Made by a program: the position numbers and the translations under genes. 53,635 nt of DNA, taken from IMG/VR virus record IMGVR_UViG_3300027917_000057, positions 1-53,635 of that record; one strand, written 5' to 3'. This document shows positions 1-9,872 of the stretch, in pieces. Origin of the DNA: a virus. Taxonomy: Duplodnaviria > Caudoviricetes. The notes below the pieces were generated by a model. It was not told the origin of the DNA. It saw only the letters and a list, made by a program, of their open reading frames with translations, and did not search any database. Within the stretch, counting starts at the first letter, position 1; each line of letters starts with the position of its first letter.

Positions 1-26
1 GGCGTTCAACGTATGATGGTGGTCTG

Positions 27-3000
27 ATGTCTGGAGGATTCGGTGGTGGACCGTGGGGAGGTGGGCCTTGGGGCGGGGGAGGTGCTCCGCTAGTAGGCCC
101 GTCGCTGCCTATACCCACGGGCGACCCTTGGGACGTCTTTGAGGTCTGTACCCCTTCGATCATCGGTAACCTCGCGTCATATCTTGAGGTCAACCTCTTC
201 GGGGACGGCAACAGTTTCGCGTGGGGCGTTGGCTTCTTCAACATCTGCAGCGGCTTTGGTTTAGCCCCCGCAGCGCCCACCGCTCATGTTCAGTTCGACG
301 TCAACGTCAACGAAGAGTTCACGCTAGAAGCCACCGTTGTCTTCGACGCTCTGCCTGATGACTTCCTAGACCTTCCTAATGAGCACCTGTTTATTGGAGC
401 TTACAGCCTCAATAGCAGCGCAGCGGGGCTATTCATCTCAGACGACGGTCTGCAGTACACCGGCTCCGTCTCTTTCAGCGGAACCGATCTGGTAGTCGCG
501 TCTCCTGTGATCCCAATTCCTGGAACGGCAGGGTTGGTGCTACCGGGGGTTGAGTACGTCATTAGGATAATTGCTGACGCTCCTGCGGGTACTGCTCTCA
601 TCTATGTAACTGAGTCAACGCTACTACCGTCTACTGGGCAGCAGCTAATCGCCATTCTTCCTCTGCTCGACTATACGAGTGCCTCGCCACCACCCACTCA
701 AGACGAGGTGATCATCAGTGCGAGGAGCGCTAGTAGCGCCGGCTCCTGCGCCACCTTCAGCTGCATTCGCTTTGCCTCTAGCGCGCTCATCGAAAACATC
801 GCGCCCATTGCGGATGCTGGTGACGATCAGGCTGTTCGTATGTGCTCCATCGTCAAGCTCGATGGCGAGAGGAGCTACGACCCGGAGGGGCAACCGCTCT
901 CCTACGCGTGGCGGCTCATCGATGCGCCTCCTACGAGCTCTTTCATCTTCTCTGGGGGAGACGGATCGACCGCCCCAGAGGCCCCTCCTACGGGCTATAC
1001 CAACACACTCACGAGCGGGGAGGCTGCTGTAGAGCATGCGTTGAGCCCCTTCGATGTAGGGGACGTACTGGTGGTTCGTGGCGTCCCGTACACCATCGAC
1101 TCCATCCTCTCGGGTCCCTTCCGCATAGTCGTGGAAAGGTCGCAGATCCCAGATGACGTGTCTGGCGAGCCGTTCAAGATCCTTCGGCAGGCTGCCATCA
1201 GCGGCACCTCTACGGTCTCACCCACATTCTACCCAGACGTACCTGGGTTCTATCTGTTCGACCTCTTGGTCACCGATGGCTTCCTACCTTCAAGCCCCAC
1301 GGGCTTGGACAGGGACACGGTGCTCATCAATGTTCTGGAGTCTCCTCTTCCTAGAGGGTGCAACCCAGATGCGAGCTTCATCTTTGACTACCTGTTGAGC
1401 TTCTGGAAGTTGGTAGAAGACAGCGATGTCGTCGCTCAGTTCTGGACAGCGTTGGCTCAAGTAGCAGCTAGTGAGCTCTACACTCTCTGGCAGCTCGAGT
1501 ATTCGAAGAGTCTGCGGGACATTCAGCGGTCGTTTATCAGGCGTTGGATTCACTACGACCTACTTCTTCCAGAGCCTCTTCCAGAGCTCACCACCCTGCG
1601 AACAATCTGGGGTGGTGCGCTGTCCGACCCGCAGCCTGCTGCTGGAGTTGCCGGAATCAAGGGTACGAGCCTAGTCGTCACAACGCGTACGCTCCCTGCT
1701 GCAGTGACGGTGCCCTTCGATAGCCCTGGAACCGTTCCTATCCAGGAGCTTCGGGGCGTTATTGAGAACAGGCTCCGGTCGCTGGTAGACGACGGCTTCA
1801 GAGTCACGGCCGTAGAGAACCGCATCACGGGGGATTACACCTTCCGGATTCTGCTGGATAAGCCTTTTACCCTCACGAGTGACTCCACCCTCCCCATCTT
1901 CTCCAGCTACCCCAAGTTCAATGACAACCCTCGTGGAGTTGGTACGGTCACGGGCGGGAACACCTTCGACACCAACTTCTCTTTGAGCGGGTTGGGCCTC
2001 GAGGAAGATGACCTCATCGTTCTAGACCGCACGGGTTATCGCATTGCTCAGCTCGTTGATAACCCAGCCGATGCCTTTGCGTTCTCTCGCGTTCTTCTGA
2101 AGGAGGACATCAGCGGTACTCCTACGGATTGGGTGCTTCCTGGGTGGGTGCAGTCTGAGCTGCTGAACTTCTACGCTGGTCTTGTTGACTATGGGGACGT
2201 CCTGGAGTTTGAGGCGCTCGAGGATGACCCAGCTACGCCTGTTGTCGAGCAGGTAGCTAGTTTTCTTGAGACTACGGCCTTTGGTGTCACAGAGGGACTC
2301 TTCGGCCGCTTGGCGTTCGATACCAAAGACCTAGCTCAGCGGGTTCCTCTGAATGCTACTTCCGTTCTTCTGTCTAGGGTCATCCGCAGACACTACGTAC
2401 CTGTCGACCCTCTGATTCAAGCAGTACCCACGCTGACCCCCAACATAGTGATCGAGGACGATCAGGAGACGTTGAGGGAAAACGCCGACTACTTCCTAGA
2501 CACGTTCAGGGGGCAGGCCGCTCTGCGCTTCCAGTCTGGAACCCCCTCTGACGCCGGAGATGTGTGGGAGGGGGCTCGTCCCATTGATCGGCTCTGGGCG
2601 GAGTATACCTACGTAGACAATAGTCCACTGATAGAAGCGAATTTCGGCATCCCTATCGGTCTTCTTCGCGACGAGATTGCGGCTCTTCCCGACAACGTCG
2701 ACTACCTCTCGGCAGTGCGCGGTCTCTGGTACGCCTACTACAACGGCCCCACTGTCAGAAACATACGAATAGGTGCTCAGATTCTCCTCGGTCTTCCGTT
2801 CGCTGAGGAGGCGGGAGTCATCGAAGAGATCCGAAACGACTTCATTCTGAAGAGGGGACGGATCCTAATCAGGGATGCGGCCAATGCTGCCATTGTCCGG
2901 TCGTACGACTATCCAAATGTGTTGGATCTGGAGGTCAACCCAGTAACCAACGAGCCCTACGCAGTAGGCGACGCAGTCGATCAGTTCGCGCCACTAGTGA

Positions 3001-4457
3001 CCGGCGTTGAGGTGCTCGACTACGTGAACAGCCCCACCTGGTTCCGGGGTATCCTAAACCAGGGCATCTTCTTCGAGGTTCAGAAGTTCCACACGTTCTT
3101 GGTTCGGGTGAACAGCGCGGCTTTCAATCTGAGCTCGCTGTTGTTCACGCAGGAGTTTGTCAACAAGATCAAGCCTGTCTTCAAGAAGCCTCTTTTCTAC
3201 ATCCGCTTTGACGTGTCGGATGGTGGTGACGAGATAGACCTCACGGATCTGGTTCAGTACTTTCCTACGCTGAACCTATTCGAGAGCTGCTGCTCGGCAA
3301 CAGGCTGGGCGCCTATCGTGGACGACCCTGACCCGTCAGCTGACCCCCTTGGGAACCCGGAGGGGATGAAGACGGGAGCCTGGAAGAACGCGGTCGATAC
3401 AGATGGGGATGTCGCACCGACCTACCCGACACCGGACTCTCCGATCAAGTGGGGTGTGGACAAGCAGTACTTCTGCCCAGAGGACAGCGTGGCCACACTG
3501 CGATGCGAGGTGCATCCCGATGCCACCGCTGACATTGCCTTCGTCTCAGCAACAGAAGCAGACTTCACTAAGACTTCAGGTAGCTGGAACGATGTGCTCC
3601 TCGAGCTCGGGGACGTCATACAGGTCACCACAGGGTCGAACGCAGGTTTCACCTTCCTCGTCACGGATGTAACGGGATTCCCGACGGTCTTCCGTGGAAC
3701 GATCCTCAGTGGTGGGCCACCAGTAACCGAGCTCGCGCAGACGCTGATCCTCACCCCAAGGGTGGACTCTACCTTCCAGATAGACTCTGGGATTGAAGAG
3801 CACTACCACTACGAGGCGCTGTCTCCTGCTTCTATCCCGTTGGCGGGACTGACCCTAACACCGGTAGGCTCCAATATTTCCCAGCTCACTGGTACCTCTC
3901 TTATCACGACGGCCATCTTCCAGGGAGATCAGGGGGACGGACAGAGTGTTGGTATCTCGGTGCTCGACATCGTTACGGCAGCCTTCGCGAAGACAAGCGG
4001 TGGCTGGCCGGATGTAGACCTGCTCCTGGGCGACCTAGTACTCATTACTACTGGTTCAAACGCCGGTCAGGTATTTGAGGTCGTGGATGTATCGGGCTAC
4101 CCGTCCACTTTCATCGGGGAACAGAGAGCCGGAAGCGGCGCTCCTGTCAGCGAGCTGGGTCAGACACTCGTGAACCTAGGGCCTAGGTACGAAGTGGCCG
4201 TCCTGGTGAACAGCGTTGAGCAGGGAGCTTTCCAGTCCACTGTGAAGGAGAATCGGGAGACGGATGCTTCGTTGGCCATCGCCACAGTGCCTACTGACGT
4301 GATAGACGTCTTGGTCCGTCCTGCTGCGGGCACAGTTGCGCGGACGCCTAACTGGAGCAGGGTATCGGCCCTCATCCAGAACGTGGATGGGCAGTGGCAG
4401 GTAGACGTTCCAGTGCCCGCTAGCACCTACTGCATGAAGAGCGAGCTGGCTCCATGA
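27..4457 (+). CDS. Large virion structural protein (baseplate/tail-associated) with a PKD/Ig-like domain and a C-terminal internal repeat
   Basis: 1476-aa ORF. N-terminal GGGPWGGGPWGG; PKD-like motif APIADAGDDQAV...LDGERSYDPEGQPLSYAWRL; two copies of a ~78-aa repeat near the C-terminus; heads the structural cluster. Confidence 0.65.
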   Translation: MSGGFGGGPWGGGPWGGGGAPLVGPSLPIPTGDPWDVFEVCTPSIIGNLASYLEVNLFGDGNSFAWGVGFFNICSGFGLAPAAPTAHVQFDVNVNEEFTLEATVVFDALPDDFLDLPNEHLFIGAYSLNSSAAGLFISDDGLQYTGSVSFSGTDLVVASPVIPIPGTAGLVLPGVEYVIRIIADAPAGTALIYVTESTLLPSTGQQLIAILPLLDYTSASPPPTQDEVIISARSASSAGSCATFSCIRFASSALIENIAPIADAGDDQAVRMCSIVKLDGERSYDPEGQPLSYAWRLIDAPPTSSFIFSGGDGSTAPEAPPTGYTNTLTSGEAAVEHALSPFDVGDVLVVRGVPYTIDSILSGPFRIVVERSQIPDDVSGEPFKILRQAAISGTSTVSPTFYPDVPGFYLFDLLVTDGFLPSSPTGLDRDTVLINVLESPLPRGCNPDASFIFDYLLSFWKLVEDSDVVAQFWTALAQVAASELYTLWQLEYSKSLRDIQRSFIRRWIHYDLLLPEPLPELTTLRTIWGGALSDPQPAAGVAGIKGTSLVVTTRTLPAAVTVPFDSPGTVPIQELRGVIENRLRSLVDDGFRVTAVENRITGDYTFRILLDKPFTLTSDSTLPIFSSYPKFNDNPRGVGTVTGGNTFDTNFSLSGLGLEEDDLIVLDRTGYRIAQLVDNPADAFAFSRVLLKEDISGTPTDWVLPGWVQSELLNFYAGLVDYGDVLEFEALEDDPATPVVEQVASFLETTAFGVTEGLFGRLAFDTKDLAQRVPLNATSVLLSRVIRRHYVPVDPLIQAVPTLTPNIVIEDDQETLRENADYFLDTFRGQAALRFQSGTPSDAGDVWEGARPIDRLWAEYTYVDNSPLIEANFGIPIGLLRDEIAALPDNVDYLSAVRGLWYAYYNGPTVRNIRIGAQILLGLPFAEEAGVIEEIRNDFILKRGRILIRDAANAAIVRSYDYPNVLDLEVNPVTNEPYAVGDAVDQFAPLVTGVEVLDYVNSPTWFRGILNQGIFFEVQKFHTFLVRVNSAAFNLSSLLFTQEFVNKIKPVFKKPLFYIRFDVSDGGDEIDLTDLVQYFPTLNLFESCCSATGWAPIVDDPDPSADPLGNPEGMKTGAWKNAVDTDGDVAPTYPTPDSPIKWGVDKQYFCPEDSVATLRCEVHPDATADIAFVSATEADFTKTSGSWNDVLLELGDVIQVTTGSNAGFTFLVTDVTGFPTVFRGTILSGGPPVTELAQTLILTPRVDSTFQIDSGIEEHYHYEALSPASIPLAGLTLTPVGSNISQLTGTSLITTAIFQGDQGDGQSVGISVLDIVTAAFAKTSGGWPDVDLLLGDLVLITTGSNAGQVFEVVDVSGYPSTFIGEQRAGSGAPVSELGQTLVNLGPRYEVAVLVNSVEQGAFQSTVKENRETDASLAIATVPTDVIDVLVRPAAGTVARTPNWSRVSALIQNVDGQWQVDVPVPASTYCMKSELAP

Positions 4458-5101
4458 AGAACAACGTAGTCATCAAGCACTACAAGAAGCGCCAGCTAGT
4501 AGAGGTACGGGAGCTCCACAACATCTGGACCAGTGTGGGCCACACCTATCTGGCTGAGATGGTGAGTCTCACGTCTCTGGATCCGGACGTACCCATACGC
4601 AGCGACCGCCTCAAATACTTTGCGCTGGGTATGGGAGGCACGCGAGGGGGCGTTTCTGTCGACCCTACTGTGGCTGCTACTTACCCGGCGGGCAGCGACC
4701 CCAACGCCACGGCAGGGAACGAGTACAACGTAGCCTTCCCTGGCTACCCGCCCATCACTACCCTCGAGCTACCTGTAAAGAGGACCGGAGGTGCCACCGC
4801 GTACCCAGGTGCCCCCTCAGATGAATGGCTATTTGGCCCTACGGAAGGGGTCTTCACCACACGGTACGAAGACGACATCTCCCTGACCCTGCACGCCCCC
4901 ATCGACACATCAGGGGGAGATATCACTGGGATTTGGGGACCGGTGCATGTAGTGCCGATAACAGAAGCCGCTTTGCTCACTAGCGCGGCTGACGTAAACA
5001 CGGCCTACAACGAAGTGCTGGCCTACATCTCGTTTGATAGCATCTACTTGGACGACGACACTCAGCTCGAGTTTGTTTGGACAGTGAGGTTCTTGGAATG
5101 A
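4454..5101 (+). CDS. Putative baseplate/tail-collar-type structural protein (paralogue 1)
   Basis: 215 aa, ATGA-coupled to the upstream gene. HNIWT..G..YL, KYFALGMGG, ITEAALL and LEFVWTVRF align with the next gene. Confidence 0.55.
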   Translation: MKNNVVIKHYKKRQLVEVRELHNIWTSVGHTYLAEMVSLTSLDPDVPIRSDRLKYFALGMGGTRGGVSVDPTVAATYPAGSDPNATAGNEYNVAFPGYPPITTLELPVKRTGGATAYPGAPSDEWLFGPTEGVFTTRYEDDISLTLHAPIDTSGGDITGIWGPVHVVPITEAALLTSAADVNTAYNEVLAYISFDSIYLDDDTQLEFVWTVRFLE

Positions 5102-5721
5102 GGATCTTTGAAGACATCGAAGTCCGGTACAACCTGGACATCACTGCTCGTGAGCGGGGAAAGATTGTTGACCGTCGTCTGACGCACAACATCTTCGTGG
5201 ACCTAGGAAGAGAGTGGATTTCGCAGCTCATCTCCTATGTGACCTTCAGCCCCGACGTTCCCGAGAACAACTATCGCGTCAAGTACATGGGGTTCGGTAT
5301 AGGAGGTAACCGGCAGACCTCTCCATCTGTTGCGGACACGTCTCCCATCAGCCCTCCTTACTCTGGCGCCAATGTGCAGACAGATACGGATCGTACGGTC
5401 ACCTCTCTGGAGCGCCCTGTTCGTGTTACTGGGTCCAGCAGTGCATACCCCGGGCTTGCTGGGGACAAGTGGCTCGGGTTGATACAAGCTCCGGCAGAGC
5501 ACCCCACAGCGCAGCGAACTGCGTTTCGTAGGGTCTTCACCTCAGTGGAGGTCAGCTACGCTCCCTTCCTGGGAGTCCCCCTGAGTGAGATTGGCCTGTA
5601 TACCTCAGCGGCCAACCCTGAGGGGTACAAGAACAACCTCATCGCCTACGACACGTTCGACACCATTACGAAGACCACGGCGGTAGAGCTCGAGGTCGTC
5701 TGGACCTTCATCTTCGGATAG
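5098..5721 (+). CDS. Putative baseplate/tail-collar-type structural protein (paralogue 2)
   Basis: Start moved to ATG 5098 (ATGA overlap). HNIFVDLG, KYMGFGIGG, LSEIGLY and LEVVWTFIF match the previous gene. Confidence 0.55.
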   Translation: MRIFEDIEVRYNLDITARERGKIVDRRLTHNIFVDLGREWISQLISYVTFSPDVPENNYRVKYMGFGIGGNRQTSPSVADTSPISPPYSGANVQTDTDRTVTSLERPVRVTGSSSAYPGLAGDKWLGLIQAPAEHPTAQRTAFRRVFTSVEVSYAPFLGVPLSEIGLYTSAANPEGYKNNLIAYDTFDTITKTTAVELEVVWTFIFG

Positions 5722-5760
5722 TTCCAACTGTATACTCCCCAGAAGTTTTAGGAGAGCAGG

Positions 5761-7746
5761 ATGCCCCTTCATCGATACGTTGACCCGACCTACTTTCTAG
5801 GGGTCGGCGTAACCTTTCCAGGAACTATCTTCGGAACGGCCTACGACCGCATCAATGTCACGAGCGGCGGTGTGGGCGCTGGCGGTAGCGCATTTGCTGA
5901 CGGGGCCAAGAGTGCGGGCCCCAACGTGGGTACGTACTTCGTGGCATTCGGGGAGGACGCCACAAGCGTCCACTTCAACCGGGGGCACCGCGCTCTTGCT
6001 CAGAACACGGACTACTTGGACGATGTAGTCCACAGAGATCTGGCGGTCCGAAACCTCGCAGTGGTGGTGTCCGCAGGAGATACTTCTACTGATCTAGATG
6101 GCTCAGTCACACCAGTCTTCGTCGGAAATCCAGGGGCGGTAGCAGAGCTTCTGTTTGTCCTCACGGCGTACCCCAGCCTAGAGCCTCTGTACGACCCGGT
6201 AACAGGCGCCCAAATTGTCGTCTCCAGCATTTCGGGGGCAACGCTCGGTACGGGATTTTCCGCCGCTAACCCCATCACGCTGAACTTCAGCGCCACGATC
6301 CCCAACGGGGTCACCTACATCGTCTGGTACGCCGATCGCGGGAACCTAGCGACGCATCCCAGCGATTTGGTAGCGGATCTCCTGCCCGCGCACGCCACTA
6401 CAGCGCCTTCGGTGGGTGCGATCTTTCGTGGGGGGCTCGATGCACGATATCGAAATGCCTCCAGTGCCGGCGCTGCGGCGTTGGATACCCCAGGAGCAGG
6501 CGCGGTCATCAACAGAGATGGGCCCGCCCCTGCTGTAGACGTACAGGACACAACAGCCTTATTCGATGACCCAATAGGTGCTTGTTGGAAGGCCTTCAGC
6601 AGCGCATCTAGCGCTGGAGGGTTCATCTCTGGTGAACTCAGCGGCCTAGGCTTTGCTCACTACGTCAGTGATAGAGGGTCTACCGATTCGGCTGAACAGG
6701 GGCCTGCAAACAGCGCTGGTTCCTTCGCTTCCGTTTGGCCCCACGATTACACAGGAGTTCTGGCAGGTACCGTTCGTACGCAGATCCGTGCGGGGTACGC
6801 CACTGGAACTACTCTGAACCCAGGCGGTGTGGGCGGCGACGTAGTGCAGGCTGGGGTGGGAGACTTCTTCTACAACGGCTCGCTAGAATCAGCGGTCAAC
6901 ACAGGGTTCGACCTCCTTGAGGTCACCCGCGCTAGTGGCACCGTCGAGTGCTACGTCATCACTCAGTTCGACACGGGTGATCAGCGCCGTTGCTACGTAC
7001 GAGACCTTTCAGGCGCTACTCCTGCTTTCCCTCCCAACGAATCCGTCACGCTGCGTTGGATAACCACGAAGTTCTGGCAGGGACCCAGCACGGGGGTCAA
7101 GTATGATCTAGTGAACGGCCCTTCGGGTGACGTTGTGTACCTGGGGAACCTCCAGCACTTCGTGAGTCCCCCCAATGGGCACACCGCACCTCTGTCTGAA
7201 TCCTTCCCGATCTTCGGAGCTCGCGATAACACTAGCTACGCCCTAGCTTGGATGGGCTTCAACGCTGACGCCTCCACGGGGTACAGCGGCGCGCTCCTAG
7301 GACTTTCGTCCACGAAGACCCACGGCGTCCTACAGGGGGACGGTGGTATTCGTACGGGTGGGAACAGCAGCTTTGGCGCGTTCAAGTACAAGCGCCAGTC
7401 GATGTCTGTGTCGGGTACGGGGTCTCAGCAGTGGGACCTAGATGCCTACCCTCTCTTGGTCATTGATGTGACCTCCGATGGAGAGACACTGACTTTGACT
7501 CTCCCGGGTAGCTTGAGTGCCACTGATGGACAGCGCTGTGCTGTTGTAGTTCGCCTCGGCGCCGCTGTTTCGACGTTCACGCTGGCGTGGCCAACGTCCC
7601 CCTACAACTTCGTATTCAGCACCTCGGGGGATAAGACCCCAACGCAAGGGCCGGACTCGGTGACCCGCTACGATGGGGTTTTTGGATTGAATGGTTTCTT
7701 GGTGACCAAGACTGCCTATCCGGGTGGCGGTGTGACGGGTCCGTGA
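5761..7746 (+). CDS. Putative tail fibre / receptor-binding structural protein
   Basis: 661 aa, G/S/T/A-rich, RBS AGGAG. N-terminal FNRGHRALAQNTDYL resembles fibre anchor segments; beta-rich C-terminal domain. Confidence 0.5.
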   Translation: MPLHRYVDPTYFLGVGVTFPGTIFGTAYDRINVTSGGVGAGGSAFADGAKSAGPNVGTYFVAFGEDATSVHFNRGHRALAQNTDYLDDVVHRDLAVRNLAVVVSAGDTSTDLDGSVTPVFVGNPGAVAELLFVLTAYPSLEPLYDPVTGAQIVVSSISGATLGTGFSAANPITLNFSATIPNGVTYIVWYADRGNLATHPSDLVADLLPAHATTAPSVGAIFRGGLDARYRNASSAGAAALDTPGAGAVINRDGPAPAVDVQDTTALFDDPIGACWKAFSSASSAGGFISGELSGLGFAHYVSDRGSTDSAEQGPANSAGSFASVWPHDYTGVLAGTVRTQIRAGYATGTTLNPGGVGGDVVQAGVGDFFYNGSLESAVNTGFDLLEVTRASGTVECYVITQFDTGDQRRCYVRDLSGATPAFPPNESVTLRWITTKFWQGPSTGVKYDLVNGPSGDVVYLGNLQHFVSPPNGHTAPLSESFPIFGARDNTSYALAWMGFNADASTGYSGALLGLSSTKTHGVLQGDGGIRTGGNSSFGAFKYKRQSMSVSGTGSQQWDLDAYPLLVIDVTSDGETLTLTLPGSLSATDGQRCAVVVRLGAAVSTFTLAWPTSPYNFVFSTSGDKTPTQGPDSVTRYDGVFGLNGFLVTKTAYPGGGVTGP

Positions 7747-7758
7747 TAGGAGAAGCGC

Positions 7759-8532
7759 ATGCCTCATTTCGATGATCTACAAGTCCTTCTGCGGGAAGGG
7801 CAGCCCGCTGGCGCAACGGCGAAGACACTGACCGGGGCGGTCGGCTATCAGTTGCTATACGAATCTCAGATCGTGGACGATACGCCGGTCACTACGCAGC
7901 GCGTGTACTTGCTGGTAGACGGCGGCGAGAACGGTGCCATTGTCCATACCCACAACGCTCGCTGGAACGGCTCCCAGTGGGTCCGGGACGCCACGGCCGA
8001 CTCGTTCAAGACCGTGCTGCCCAACCTTTCGAACCCCGCGCTCTCCATCCGCTCGGTCTATCCGTCGGCAAGCGCCAGCCCGTGGGGTGATGGTTCTTGG
8101 CAGGACATCATCGTGGAGGGTTCCGATGCGGGGTATCGCGGGCTCATCCAGCTGATCGGCAACCATCCGATCGGTACAGCGCCATCGGCCAACGCGCTCG
8201 CCGCCATGAACATCTGCAAGGCGTGGGGGTACTTGGAGTACAACGCTGGCGTCATCACCAAGTTGGATGGTTACAACCTGAATGCAGCGGGGCTGAATGG
8301 GGCCGGCCCGCCAGATCATCTCGACCTGTCATTCCACACCAACATGAGCACGGCTAACTACTCGGTTGTGGTGACTGACAACCACGTCTCGAACCTCAAC
8401 AGAGTGGCCAAGGCCACCAACTTGTTGACCAGCGGGTTCAAGGTCTACTTCTACGATACTGCCGGCCACACACAAGAAGATGCTGCTGGCATCCAGGGCC
8501 ATTTCTCATTTCAGGTATTCGGTCGCCAGTAG
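7759..8532 (+). CDS. Putative tail fibre-associated protein
   Basis: 257 aa. C-terminal CKAWGY...GYNL...LSFHTNMSTANYSVVVT pattern is typical of phage fibre tip domains. Confidence 0.5.
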   Translation: MPHFDDLQVLLREGQPAGATAKTLTGAVGYQLLYESQIVDDTPVTTQRVYLLVDGGENGAIVHTHNARWNGSQWVRDATADSFKTVLPNLSNPALSIRSVYPSASASPWGDGSWQDIIVEGSDAGYRGLIQLIGNHPIGTAPSANALAAMNICKAWGYLEYNAGVITKLDGYNLNAAGLNGAGPPDHLDLSFHTNMSTANYSVVVTDNHVSNLNRVAKATNLLTSGFKVYFYDTAGHTQEDAAGIQGHFSFQVFGRQ

Positions 8533-8541
8533 GTCAAGAAA

Positions 8542-8955
8542 ATGGAACAGATCACTTCTCAGATACTTCGTCCTGGCACCTTCGCGTTGGCTGTTGCAGT
8601 CTTCATCGCCACGTTCTTCATCCGGCGGATCGTCGAGATCTTGCGGCCCGGACTCAAGAACCCGAAGGGCACAGGCGCCTACGCATCCAAGTCGCAGATG
8701 TGGTGGAACAGCGTCATCATCTACGCGGTCCCGGTGGTGCTTGGAGGGCTGTTCTCTCTCAGCAAGTCGACCTGGCTGTTCGGCGAGATCGACACCCTAG
8801 GAGGGAAGGTGATGTTCGGAGCTGGCGTGGGCTGGTTCTCGAGCTTCCTGTACAAGATCCTCAAGAAGGTGATCCTGAAGGAGACAGGCGTCGAGCTTCC
8901 AGGAGAGTCTGAGCCCCCTGAGGCTACAGAGCCCAAAGAAGACCCCAAGGAGTAG
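8542..8955 (+). CDS. Holin-like membrane protein
   Basis: 137 aa, three hydrophobic segments and a charged C-terminal tail; follows the fibre genes. Confidence 0.5.
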   Translation: MEQITSQILRPGTFALAVAVFIATFFIRRIVEILRPGLKNPKGTGAYASKSQMWWNSVIIYAVPVVLGGLFSLSKSTWLFGEIDTLGGKVMFGAGVGWFSSFLYKILKKVILKETGVELPGESEPPEATEPKEDPKE

Positions 8956-8957
8956 TT

Positions 8958-9326
8958 GTGGTGCTGGCGGCCATCTGGGCGTGGCTCAAGAAGTACTGGA
9001 CATGGTTGCTCTTTCCAGTGGGCATTCTTCTCTTTCTGATAGGGAGGCTGACTGCCAAGAAGCCGGCTGCGCTGGAGGTGGTTTCTCCTGAGCTCGAGGG
9101 GCACGAGAAAGTGCAAAGCCAGATCAGCGAAAAGCTGAAGAAGGATGTTGCAGCCGTAGAAAGAGAAAAGGCAGAGAAGCTCGCTCAGATCGAGGAGGAG
9201 CACAAAGAGACTGTTCAGAACCTGACCGATGAGCAGAAGAAGAAGGTAGAGAGCCTCAAGGAAGATCCAGACAAGCTAGCTGAATACCTGTTGGAGGTCG
9301 GAAAGAGTGTTCGCAGTGGGCCCTAA
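8958..9326 (+). CDS. Membrane-anchored coiled-coil protein (i-spanin-like architecture)
   Basis: N-terminal TM (WTWLLFPVGILLFLIG) followed by an E/K-rich coiled coil; next to the holin-like gene. Confidence 0.4.
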   Translation: MVLAAIWAWLKKYWTWLLFPVGILLFLIGRLTAKKPAALEVVSPELEGHEKVQSQISEKLKKDVAAVEREKAEKLAQIEEEHKETVQNLTDEQKKKVESLKEDPDKLAEYLLEVGKSVRSGP

Positions 9327-9837
9327 ATACAGCGATGTCTTGTCGGAGACTGAGAAGGAGTTCCCTGGTTTCTCCGTTGTGCGTAAGGGTGATAGCCGCT
9401 TCATGCGCTTCTTGTCGAAGATCCTGTTCTTCAACAAGACGTTCATGACAGGGTTTCACACGACTGTGGGGAATACTCTGTATGTCGCACCTTCTTGGGA
9501 AGACATGAGTGATGAGGGGAGGGCTGCGCTTCTTCGGCACGAACGGGTGCACCTGAGACAACAGCGGCGCTACACCAAGGTCCTGTTCAGCCTGCTCTAC
9601 GTTTTGGTCCTGCCCGTTGTATTCACCTTCAGAGCCAAGTTCGAGCGGGAAGCCTACGAAGAGTCTCTTCGGGCACGCCTCGAGTACTGGGGGCCGGAGG
9701 CGTTCACGGAACAAGCCAGAGAGGCCATGATCCACAACTTCGTAAGTGGAGCGACTTACCTCTGGATGTGGCCATTCAGGGCCCGAGTGGCGCGTTGGTA
9801 CGACGCCGAAGTCAAAAAGCTGCTGGCGAGCGACTGA
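9307..9837 (+). CDS. Putative HExxH metallopeptidase (DUF4157-like)
   Basis: LLRHERVH motif, downstream FEREAY third-ligand motif and a hydrophobic segment between them. Confidence 0.55.
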   Translation: MFAVGPKYSDVLSETEKEFPGFSVVRKGDSRFMRFLSKILFFNKTFMTGFHTTVGNTLYVAPSWEDMSDEGRAALLRHERVHLRQQRRYTKVLFSLLYVLVLPVVFTFRAKFEREAYEESLRARLEYWGPEAFTEQAREAMIHNFVSGATYLWMWPFRARVARWYDAEVKKLLASD

Positions 9838-9872
9838 TCCCGTTTTTACCTCACTTTTGGTAGGCTGTACCC

